The notes under the pieces are model-generated. The model saw only the letters and a list, made by a program, of their open reading frames with translations, was not told the origin of the DNA and made no database searches. Below are positions 53,032 to 64,000 of a stretch of 64,000 bases of DNA, one piece after another (within the stretch, counting starts at the first letter, position 1; each line of letters opens with the position of its first letter). A program made the position numbers and the translations under genes. The stretch covers positions 204,235,741 through 204,299,740 of the forward strand of contig CM041465.1 of NCBI GenBank assembly GCA_023213395.1, read 5' to 3'. The DNA is from Cycas panzhihuaensis. Lineage: Eukaryota > Plantae > Cycadophyta.

Positions 53032-54926
53032 TTGATGATCCCTAGTCTATTTTTCATTAGATTTAAAGTAGGTTCCCCTTTTAAGGTATTCAACCTTAAT
53101 AGAAATAAATGGACCTCCTGGTTTTTGGAATGAGCTCATTGTATGAGTTTTTTTATTGAGGTCTAAAATTATTTCTAATATTAGTATTATATCGCTAGTT
53201 TGTGTTGAATTCAACCTCAACACTTTTAGCCTTTAAGATTATTTGTCAAAGATTTACAACCAATAAGGTTTTTAAGCTATAGCAAAGATTCGGTTTGAGT
53301 CCTTTGAGATATGTTTCTAATAGTATATTCTCATCTATTCTAGTGGATAACATACTTTATAAATTCTAAAATTCCTCTATATATTATTGGGCAATTCTTA
53401 TTTGCTAGAGGTGATAGAGTTTAAGGTAGAAGTCTATATCCCAAGTATATATATATATATATATATATATTGCTCACATATTGTCAGACTAAGAAAGTCT
53501 GAGTTGAAGTTTTTGGTATTCTTATAGTTCTTATGCAACTAAGTAAACCGCTATAACGCCTAGTTACTTAAATGTAAGAATGTAAAAAAGATCTTTTCAT
53601 TGTCATATAATAGATGAATATTGAAATAGGTTCACATCTTTGTTAACCATGGCCATAATTCCTAGCATTTATCCTAACCAAAAAAAAATTAACTTAACCT
53701 TTATATTTTTAAGTATTAAGACTTTTATATCCCTAGGTTCCCTTGGTGGGCTTTCCCTCTTAATTTTTTGATTTTCTCTTAATGTGCCTTCCCCCCTTTT
53801 AATGGTGTAGAACCTTATCCATATCCTTTGTCAGATGGAACATTCCATAGGAATATTTATTTATGAATTTTTTTAGTGTTTTTATTGAATCCTATAGAAC
53901 AATCATGATGTGTATAGAATTTTGGAGATTCTTAACTTATTTAGTGAATTTCTCAATTCTCTAAGCCATGCTTTCCATAAAAAGAAGTGTTTTGTGTTTT
54001 CTAAATGGAAGTTTTTCTTTATTTTTTAGTGTTTATCCCATAATGGAGTTCTAAAATATTCTTAATATGATACTTTTACCTACCAATTTAGATGTAAATA
54101 TGAAGATTACAAAAAAATATGTAGAATGAAAAAAAGAAACATTAACAATGGTTACTAATTGGCCAAATTTTAATCTTTAGAAGTTGAATGCCTTGATCTC
54201 CTAAAACCTTAAAATTTTCCTTCAAAAGACATCAAAGATCAAATGTTGAGATATTTAGGCACTAAAATATGTTATGTAACCATTTGTTTTGATGATGAAT
54301 GAGTGTCGATTATAATAGAGTAGATGATACTGAATTTTAAGTTCATAGCAAAAAGATATCATAGTATGACCACCTAAAGGTAAGTCCTTCCAAGGAGTCC
54401 ATTGATTTTATGACTTGCCCAATACCAATATTAGGTATTTTGGGCATCTCTAAAGCATTGATACCACTTGTTATGAATCTAATATGGTTTTGTAATGTTT
54501 TCACATGAAATGATATATATATATATATATACAATTAGAAAACATTATTAAATGACAATAAAATAATACATAGAATAGTCAAATAAACAAAAGTTGTTCC
54601 TCTTCGAGGCAAGGGCTCCTCCAAGAACTCATTGTTGCTTGTAACTCCAACTGCCTAGGTTCCAAGAAATAATCTATGATGTTTCCTCAAATGATCTCTT
54701 ACTTCTTTTCTACTTCCACGAGCGAGCTACTTCTAATGAACATGTTGGTTCACAAAAGGGCACATCCGTTGGTTTCATAACACATTATTCACTTCTTCAA
54801 CTTTTCTACTCTTCACCCATTATGTTATTCAACACCTTTGGTCCTTAGAATTTCTATGTAAGTATGAAGTATGAAGTCTAAAAAACACTTAAGCAATAAA
54901 ATTATTATAATTTTCCCATTCCTCTC

Positions 54927-57429
54927 TGTTTCCCAGCTAATGGGAATGGACTCGAGACGCATCGACGCAGGTTTGTTCAGGTATATTTTCACACTTTCCT
55001 ACCTATGTTAATTAAGGTAATTTAGAGTAGGTTGCTTGACATCTGCCTACCTGCACGCGTTGATTGCCTGCTTGCTCATAATGCATGTGCCTAACAAGAC
55101 GCCTTGACTATGACGACTCACGGTAGGGCATTCCTTAGCGAATGCTACACCCGTATGGCGTCTGACCACCCATGATGTCTCAAAGTTTCCGGGATTGTTT
55201 ACGCGGTTTGCTTGCTCACGTTGCGACATGTCGTTTGCGTTGCCATCCTTTCTAAGTCAAACTCAATCCTTAGTTAGGACTTTTTGGGTTGTTTTGAGTA
55301 CTTGCCTTTGCTGGGCCTTCCCCAAGATGTAATTCATGTTTAGTCTTTGTTCTTACCTCGAACACGATTTTTCTGTTTTATTTTCTCTTTTTAATTTCGG
55401 GTTGATCTGGCGGTAAACTAAGCGATCTGCGGAATTCTGATGCTGCAGAGTTTCTTGTGACAACTGCTCGAAATTTAAAGAGAACCACTGACGATTCTGC
55501 GTTTTCACGCAGGCTGGCGTGGCTTCATCTGATGGGCGCCCCAACGTCTCCAACGTTTACTTACTGTGAACAAGAGATAAAAACCTTTTTTTCTTTCATT
55601 TGAATTATTCTTGGGCTCATTTTTTGAAGACTTCTAAGAGAAACTCTCCACAAAAACACACAAGGAAAAGGTAAATCGAGAACTTCATGTCTGCCAGGAT
55701 GAGGTGAAGTGGGTGCCATTAGGCTGAGTTGCGGGGCCATTCTTGCCCCTCATTCTCCACAACAAGCTCCACTCTCCCTTACAAGTGCTCAAGGATCCAA
55801 GGGATTTCTTCACTGAAAAGGCTTCTCCAAAGATCATCTTTCAGCTCCCAACTTGCATGGAGCTTCTCCCATCTACACTCTTGCAAAAAACACTCAAAAC
55901 CAGCCCCTAGACATTGTTTGTTGCTGCTGTTCCAAGTGGCCAAGTGCATGCATTCATGCCTTTCTCATCCAAGGTATTTCTTGCTTCTTGTTGGTGGTTT
56001 TTCTTCTTGTTTTTGTTTTCTACTTGCAAGCTCATTTCACTCACTTGCACCCACTTTCTTTACTAGTTCCCTTGCTATTAAATGAAAGTGATCTTAGCTA
56101 GTTGTGGCTCTCCCATAGTTTTGCTCTAGATTAGGGGTATTTTCCTGTGTTTCCTTGAGATCTATCCATTCCCTCTAAGCTATCTCTTTCACCCTTTTCT
56201 GAGTTAACCGGTGTAAAGGGTTTCACACGAGGGTTTGAGGGAGACAGGTGGGGTTCCGTCCCCCATTGCTGCCCTTCTCCCCAAGGGTTCCGTCCCTTAT
56301 CCTCTTTCCCTTTACCATCCGCGTTTTCTTAGGGAACGGAGCTAGGGAAGCCTAAGAGATTTGGTTTGAACCTTCTACTTAATGTAGGTAACCCATCATT
56401 ACCCGTCTCCACCCTGTTACCCGCTAGCGTTTCTTTCCCGAAACCCGTGGAGACCTCCCGTGGGTGAGTTAGCCATCCCGAGGCTATACTCAGTCCCGTG
56501 TAGTATGTTTTATGGTGCATGACAGTGTATATGCTTCTTATACACTCTTGTTTCACTTTGCAACATTCTAATACATCGTTTGAGTTATTTAGCTTAGTTA
56601 GTTTCTTTTACATACATATACATATATATATCTTTTGCCATACTTCGTAGCCTCTCCCCTCGAGAGGAAGGTGCTCTCTCTCCACTTGTTTGCAGGATCG
56701 CGTTGGAGGGAGTGGTGCATGAGACAAACCCGTTGCCGGTCAACTCCCCCACGGTATTTCTCTCCTTTGGTTTTGAGTTCCTTTTTCATCCTTTCCTTTT
56801 ATCTAGTTCTTGCATGTCCAAGGGGAGGTAAGTGAACCCCCTTCACTACCGTTGATCAACATTGCACGCGCGGAGGAAGGAGGAAAGGAGCGCAACCTAG
56901 AAGGAGAATCTGTGCTTCTACTCGAACGCCGGATCCAGGTATTCCTCGCATTTCTTTCGTGTTTTCTTTACGCTTTTTTTGTCTTTTTACGTTTACCGTA
57001 ATAGATCAGCAAAGATAAGGAAACATAAAGAAAAAGGAAGATAATCTTTTATTTTACATTTACTTTCTCGCACTGTTTCTTTACTTTACATAACATAGGA
57101 ATAGAAGACCCATTTATGTTGTACCCCTCAGCCACACTTTACTTCACACATGTTGCACATTAGGTTGGTTGCCCTCTCGTCGCCTTCTCATTACCTTGAG
57201 AAGCCGCGACGCACGAGGTTTCCCTTTCCTTCCCCGCCATCCGAAGGGTAGGAAGGCCTCGTTTTTGCATGGCTACCCGGAAGCAACCAGGCACCTTGCA
57301 GCCCCCGAACCTGCGCTCCAGCGCACGGACGTCCTGCGAGGTGAGATCCTCGCTGCCTAGCTTAGTTAGTGTAGTGTTTTTATATCCCTTTGCTAGACGT
57401 AGGATCACCGCCCCGTAAGTAGCGTTTCA
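54927..57429 (+). mobile_element. Solo LTR (~2.5 kb), same family as 14697-17238
   Basis: TGTTTCCC...GTTTCA; exact TSD CTCTC at 54922-54926 and 57430-57434. Confidence 0.93.
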
Positions 57430-58940
57430 CTCTCTTAATGTAAGATCATTCTAACCTTGACCTTGATTCACTTGGCTTTTAACACTATAGTTTAGAACTT
57501 TATTCTATCTCCAAATACATAAGATGACCTAATTTTCATGAGTTCTACTTTAAAAACTTGATAACAATTATTAAGCTTAGAGATTAAAAGACTTACTGAA
57601 AACATTAAGCTATAAAATTTTGGTATTACCTCATAGGGGTAACAATAGCCCACTTAGGTAATAACTCCTATACCCCATACAACATTATTTATAACCTTAT
57701 AACCCACATTAGGATTTATAACTCCATGACCAAAGTAAACATTACCTCTAACATAAAGTATGTTGAGCATATACATTTTACTGTCACATACTAGTTACAG
57801 GACCTTCTCAATTACAAATTTATCTTTTGTTTGCAAGCCAAACATGCACCTTAAAGAAGGCCACTTAATTCGCTTTCTATTATATCCACCCAAAGATATA
57901 TAAGATAAGAGATTTCTTTCCTACTCAATTTGAATCGCATAAACCATTAAATTAAGGTCCTAATTATGTACTATAAGAAGTGACGATTGAAATCTATTCC
58001 CCTTGTACAATCCTCTTGGTTTTAGGTGACTAACAAACCAACCTCCATGCAAGTAGTCTAGATCCTCTTAAGGATGGAGACCCCTTATAAAGCTTCAACA
58101 CTTCTGTGTTAGGCATGACAGCTCATAGCCTTAAACATTATTAGGAAGGCGTAGAATTGATGATTATTGCTCCAACCCTTCATAAATGATGCCTTTCAAT
58201 GAATGTTCTCCATTAATTTCTCTTAAAAACCATTTGACAATTAGAAGTCTACTTAGAGATGTTATGCACCACAATCTTAAACCTCAATGTCTCTTGTCCA
58301 TGGTACTTACCCTATGTTGCCAAGGGATCAAACCTCTTTTAAGCTCTATTTTCTTTTTCTTTACCTAAAATGATTTATTAACTATATAAATTTATAATAA
58401 CTACTTTTACATGTGGAATGGGAAGAAGAATAATAATAAACAAGTGCACCAAATAGGACTATGATGATAGCCACATTATCTTTGAGCAAACTCAATCTAA
58501 TGACAACTCCTTACGTCTCGACATATAGATGCAATGCTCTCCAATGGGAGAGTTGTGTGTGTGTGCTTAGCGACGAGGTGCTAGGACCATCCTTGGGCTA
58601 AGACAACTTGCGAACAAGGTTGGTCAACAAAATAAATTTAATTACTTTTTGATTTGCAAAAAATGAAATATAATTCCCTTCAGCCGAAGTTCCCTAACGG
58701 TCTGATTTTACCGGATTCCAACGGTCATAAACCGAAAACCAAATCCCTCAGTTGTCTTAAAACGCTTCCTGTGCTCTGTCCAATCGTCATTTGTGTTTCC
58801 GAAGCCGGGCTTCTCGGCTCACGCAATCTTCCTGCACTCTCTGTATTTTATATTTCTGCTAATTGTGCGTGCAGTGCAGGTACTGTAATAGTCTCCTCGT
58901 TTTCATCTACGAGTTTTTGGTTTCCCGGTGCTACCGTTCT

Positions 58941-59106
58941 ATCAAATACCTGCATTGAATGAATGAATTAACGATTTGTTTAAATGTTGGTCAATCAATT
59001 CTCGGGATCCGAGCGATAATTGCATCAAATACCTCCATTCAATGAATGAATTAACGATCTGTTTATATGTTGGTCAATCGATTCTCAGGATCAGAGCGAT
59101 AATTGT
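58941..59106 (+). repeat. 83-bp tandem duplication just upstream of the HSP70 ATG
   Basis: ATCAAATACC...GAGCGATAATTG at 58941-59023 and 59024-59106, differing by about 8 substitutions. Confidence 0.95.
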
Positions 59107-59118
59107 ATAAAGAAGAGA

Positions 59119-61159
59119 ATGGCCGACAAGGGAGAAGGCCCTGCAATTGGCATAGACCTGGGAACAACGTACTCCTGTGTGGGCGTCTGGCAGCACGATC
59201 GTGTAGAAATCATTGCCAACGATCAGGGAAACCGGACGACTCCATCTTATGTGGCCTTCACAGACACAGAGCGTCTCATTGGCGATGCTGCGAAGAACCA
59301 GGTCGCCATGAACCCTACCAACACCGTTTTCGGTGAGTTACTGTTCCCAAATTTTGTCCCAATTCGCAGGTATTGTTTGTAAGGTAACGGTTAATGGTGT
59401 GGATTTCTTTTGCGCAGACGCCAAACGCCTTATCGGCAGGAGATTTTCGGACGGTTCGGTCCAAAGCGACATGAAGCTATGGCCTTTCAGGGTTGTATCC
59501 GGGCCATCGGAGAAGCCCATGATCGTGGTTCGGCACAAAGGCGAGGAGAAGCAATTTGCAGCGGAGGAGATTTCGTCCATGGTGTTGACTAAGATGAAGG
59601 AAATTGCAGAGGCGTATCTGGGAAATACTGCCAAGAATGCCGTCATAACGGTGCCCGCTTACTTCAACGATTCTCAGAGACAGGCAACCAAAGACGCCGG
59701 TGCCATTTCCGGTCTGAACGTGATGCGGATCATCAACGAGCCGACGGCCGCGGCCATAGCTTACGGTCTGGACAAGAAGGCAACCAGCGTCGGGGAGAAG
59801 AACGTTCTGATCTTCGATCTCGGGGGTGGAACCTTCGACGTCTCGCTCCTGACGATCGAGGACGGAATTTTTGAGGTCAAATCCACGGCCGGGGACACGC
59901 ACCTGGGGGGCGAGGATTTCGACAACCGGCTGGTTAATCATTTCGTGCAGGAATTCAAGAGGAAGCACAAGAAGGATTTCACAGGGAACCCTCGGGCTCT
60001 GAGAAGGCTGAGGACGTCCTGCGAGAGGGCCAAACGGACTTTGTCCTCTACGGCCCAGACGACCGTGGAGATCGATTCCCTGTACGACGGCATAGACTTC
60101 TATTCGACGATCACCAGGGCCAGATTCGAGGAGCTCAACATGGACATGTTCAGGAGATGCATGGAGCCCGTGGAGAAGTGCCTGAGGGACGCCAAGATGG
60201 ACAAGGGTTCCGTCCACGACGTGGTGCTGGTCGGGGGTTCGACTCGCATCCCCAGAGTCCAGCAGTTGCTGCAGGATTTCTTCAACGGGAAGGAGCTCTG
60301 CAAGAGCATCAATCCGGACGAGGCCGTGGCCTACGGCGCGGCGGTCCAGGCCGCCATTCTGAGCGGCGAGGGCAACGAGAGGGTTCAGGATTTGCTGTTA
60401 TTAGACGTCGCCCCTCTGTCCCTCGGCCTGGAAACGGCGGGAGGGGTTATGACGGTTCTGATCCCCCGCAATACCACCATTCCTACCAAGAAGGAGCAGA
60501 TCTTCTCCACATACGCAGACAACCAGCCGGGGGTTCTGATCCAGGTCTTCGAAGGCGAGAGGTCTCGAACCCGGGACAACAATCTTCTGGGGAAGTTCGA
60601 ACTCTCCGGCATTCCCCCCGCCCCCCGGGGGTTCCCGCAGATCGCCGTCTGCTTCGACATCGACGCCAATGGCATCCTGGACGTCTCCGCCGAGGACAAG
60701 ACCACCGGGCAGAAGAACAAGATCACCATTACCAACGACAAGGGCAGGCTCAGCAAGGAGGAGATCGAGAAGATGGTGCAGGACGCCGAGAAATACAGGG
60801 CCGAGGACGAGTCCCACAAAAGGAATGTGGAAGCCAAAAATTCTCTGGAGAATTACGCGTACGCCACGAAAAACGCCATCAACGACGACAAAAGCGGTTT
60901 TGATAGATTGGATTCTGCAGAGAAGAAGAAGATTGAGGATGCCGTCGAAGAGACCGTTCGGTGGCTGGAACAGAACCAGGTTGCCGAGGCGGATCGGTTT
61001 GAAGAGAAATTGAAGGAATTGGAAGGTATTTGTAATCCGATCGTAGCTAAAATGTATCAGAGCAGCGGAGGTGCGGGGCCGGATATTGCTTCTAATTCGA
61101 CTGCTGCGGGTGGCGGAAGGGCTGGTAGCGCAGGGCCTCAAATTGAGGAAGTAGATTAG
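59119..61159 (+). CDS. HSP70: Cytosolic heat shock protein 70 (HSP70/HSC70), 2 exons: 59119-59332 and 59418-61159, 651 aa
   Basis: [31 protein letters not shown] and C-terminal GPQIEEVD. The 214-bp first exon and 85-bp GT-AG intron sit at the conserved plant position (TVF-D-AKR); spliced length 1956 nt, in frame. Confidence 0.98.
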
Positions 61160-61484
61160 TTTAAATTAGGCCCTTATTTTTCCCCTTAAATTGATGGGGA
61201 TCGGTACTGTAATATATTTGGGAGACCTGTTCTTCTCCTCTGGATGATTGGGTTTGATGTGGTTGCCATGTTCTTCGGCTTTGGCCTTCTAAAAAAAATG
61301 AATATATTTTCGTTTCCTTTTTTTTTTTTTTTAATTTTTTATGCGTTCTGGTTCTGTGGTCTTTCCACGATAAGAACGACTCTCATACATGGTACTCTCC
61401 TGTTGCAGCTTTTTTCTTTCATTTGTCTTCACATTTGCAGGTAGCATCTCATATATTATAAAGTGGGATTAGGATGATTTTTAT

Positions 61485-62215
61485 TGTACATAATCCATTA
61501 ACATGCATTTTCAGGTTTTGTACTAATGTTAAAAGGCATAATCATTTTTTGTATATTTCATTTAAGATTGTTATGTATAATCATCCATTGGCAAGCAATA
61601 TTAGATTTTATGTGAAGTGTCTAAAAAGCATAATTAATTCTTGTAGATTTCATTTAGTGTTTTTATGTATAATCCATTAATATTATGATAGTGTTTTGTA
61701 GTGAAAGAATGCATAATCCATTGACATTTAATATTAGATTTTTTATTGTTGTCTAAAAGGGTGCAATCTATTCTTGTATATTCCATTTAGTGTTTGTGTA
61801 TAATCCATTATGTACAATATTATGTTTTATAGAGTGTCATAAGCAATTTTTGTTTGAACCCTTTAGTATTTTGTGAAATTGTAACCAATTTGTGTGTATA
61901 ATCCAATGCTATCATAAGCAAATTTTGTTTGAACCCTTTAGTATTTTGTGAAATTGTAATCAATTTGTGTGTATAATCCAATGCTATACATATATTCTAT
62001 AGTATATAGTACCAATGTCACAAAAGGCATAAATCACTTAGAATCTATTCAATGTTTCCATAGTGAAAAGTTTCTCATATAATTTGTATAGTATTTATAT
62101 GTATAATGTAACATTGTACTTTTTTAGTGTTCAAAGGCTACAATCAATTATTGTATAACCCATTTGCTTTTTTTTTAAGGTTAGTATCAAATGATATAAT
62201 CCATTGCCACATATA
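61485..62215. repeat. Degenerate tandem array with recurring (T/C)ATAATCCATT motif, including a near-perfect 75-bp dimer at 61837-61986
   Basis: Motif recurs at ~61490, 61576, 61668, 61713, 61799, 61898, 61973, 62155 and 62196. Confidence 0.8.
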
Positions 62216-64000
62216 ATATTTTATTATATACCAATATCATGAAATAAGTGGTAATGCTTCATGTTTTATGCTACATGAGAGGTATGCATGTTTTTAATAA
62301 AGTAGTTAATGGGTTCATTCTTTAGTAATCAATGGAGAGAAGTTGTTAAGAGTTGGACATTCTTACCTCTCATGTGTAAATTTGATTTGTAGAGTTCATG
62401 TGTATTGGCATATAAGAAAGTGGAATAGAAATTTCATGGATTTAATATCTCTGTAGTCATTTATTCTCCCTGTGCTCCACTTGAACAACCAACTAATTAA
62501 TGGTTTTGATTATGCAATGTGTTACTTTTTAAATGGGGAATGGCTTTTCACTTGTCTTTCATATATTTTTTAATGAAAGATAATTGATGAGGATGAATAT
62601 CCACTACACCAAAATAGTCATGTCTATGACTTATTATATGACATCATTTTATATTGAAATCTTCTCTCCTACAAAATCCAAAAATGTTGTTATAGTTCAA
62701 TAGGTTATAAGCACTTAATCACATTCAAAAAATAGAGTTCTCCATATTTTAAGGATTTCCCTGTTATTCCCTTATTAGAGAGGTTGAATGGATTCCCTTA
62801 GTCTACTTATGGGCAATGTCATTAAAGAGCTCATCAATTATATCTTCTAGATTTATTTTAATAAATGATAACTAAATGCAAAAGTCCACTACACAAAAAT
62901 AATCCTCATTAGTTATATCTTTTAGATTTATTTTAATAAAAGATAATTAAATGCAACAATTTGTGACTACATTGATATCTTATTTTTTAGATGGCATTTT
63001 ATTATGTCCAAAAAAATTGTTGGTTGAGCTATAAACATATTAGGAATGAATAAAATGTATTTATAATAAAGATGATCCTCACTCACATTCAAATAGAATC
63101 ATGAATTAAAGAGATTATTAGTTTAATTTTGCATGTGTATAAACCCATTTACTACTTAACAAATAATAAGTTTGTTCTTCATTCAAGTCTTTTTTTATAC
63201 ATGTTTGGCCTAATTAGTCTTCATCTAGCTTCAATAAAGCAAAATCATTTTCATATCAATTAGAATTTGTGATTAGGGTTATTTTTCATTGTTAGTAAGC
63301 ATTTTAACCATTATATATCAATTTCTTACCATATCTATAAGCCACCCTTCTCGTGAGGTGCTCTTTGATCTTAATGGGTATGAAGGGTGTTGTAAGAACT
63401 AGTTGATGTGGTATATTAAGAGAATCCTTTTATGAATAATAAGTAATTTATTTTAGCAGTGTCAATGTTCCACATTAAGAGATATCTTTTATGAATAATA
63501 ACTAATTAATTTTAACAATGTTAATTTTCTCTTGCCTTATTTCACATTTGCCTCCTATTAGTTAATTGGTGGTGATATGGTTTAGGAGCTAAAAATAAAA
63601 AAGTGTGAAATTGATGAAATGTGCTATATAAGTTGATGGTAAAGAAGAATATGAATAAAATATTTTTTAGGGTTCCTCCCTCCTTGTAAATTCTTTGCTC
63701 CTCTTACTTCCAACAATCTTTACACACTAAGAATCTAGAACTAGTACTATCTTAAGGGCTTGGTTCGTAGTGTTCATGGTCACTATAAGTCCACCCTCCT
63801 CCCTAAAGGGTGGATCCCTTCCTCTGCATCTTATGCCTCAGACTGCATGCTTTAATGGTAGGGTGGTGGAAGAGAGGGCCCTTAAATGGGGTTTGTGCAT
63901 GAAACAAAAGGAACACAACCCTTGTGTTGCATGTAACACAAGCTTCCTATCTAAAGATTATACATCTTTGGCAATGGGTGGTCTCATCTACAAGTTTTTC

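Noticed and set aside
58140-58370. Possible minus-strand copia integrase remnant
   Set aside because: Only a faint, frameshifted resemblance; not supportable by eye.
59333-59417. N-terminus of the 608-aa ORF (MSYCSQIL...)
   Set aside because: This is the 85-bp intron read through; the real start is 59119.
60620-60640. V>F in APRGFPQ as the known substrate-pocket-blocking mutation
   Set aside because: That mutation (DnaK V436F / Hsp70 V438F) is the V of NQPGV, which is intact here.
59477-61141. Two 246-aa antisense ORFs and a 248-aa alternate-frame ORF over HSP70
   Set aside because: Long antisense frames are a known by-product of GC3-rich HSP70 codon usage (often mis-annotated as NAD-specific glutamate dehydrogenase); there is no independent support.
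61485-62215. Repeat-spacer appearance resembling CRISPR
   Set aside because: Eukaryotic context, irregular spacing, the intervening segments resemble each other, and there are no cas genes.

Overview
AT-rich land-plant nuclear DNA: about 58 kb of old, nested, transition-riddled LTR retrotransposons followed by one intact two-exon cytosolic HSP70 gene (59119-61159). Nest A: a Ty1/copia element (start outside the window to 25455) is split by a 20.5 kb Tat-clade Ty3/gypsy element (3073-23615; 3.1 kb LTRs, TSD GGTGC, tRNA-Arg-type PBS). The 3' region of that Tat element carries an antisense, apparently spliced plant-mobile-domain (PMD) gene and a separate sense archaeal-type RNase H, arranged head-to-head. 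A 2.5 kb solo LTR (TSD CCACC) interrupts the PMD gene. Nest B: a minus-strand CRM-like gypsy element is split by a non-autonomous tRNA-Met LTR element (27857-38944). That element is itself split by a second copia whose leader holds an antisense PPR-gene fragment. Further right are a pair of 1.5 kb LTR-like direct repeats, a 670 bp foldback with TGT...ACA-like ends, and a second solo LTR of the 2.5 kb family (TSD CTCTC) 1.7 kb upstream of HSP70. The post-integrase aRH hints at a non-angiosperm host such as a gymnosperm, but this is inference. All calls were made by eye, with no database searches.
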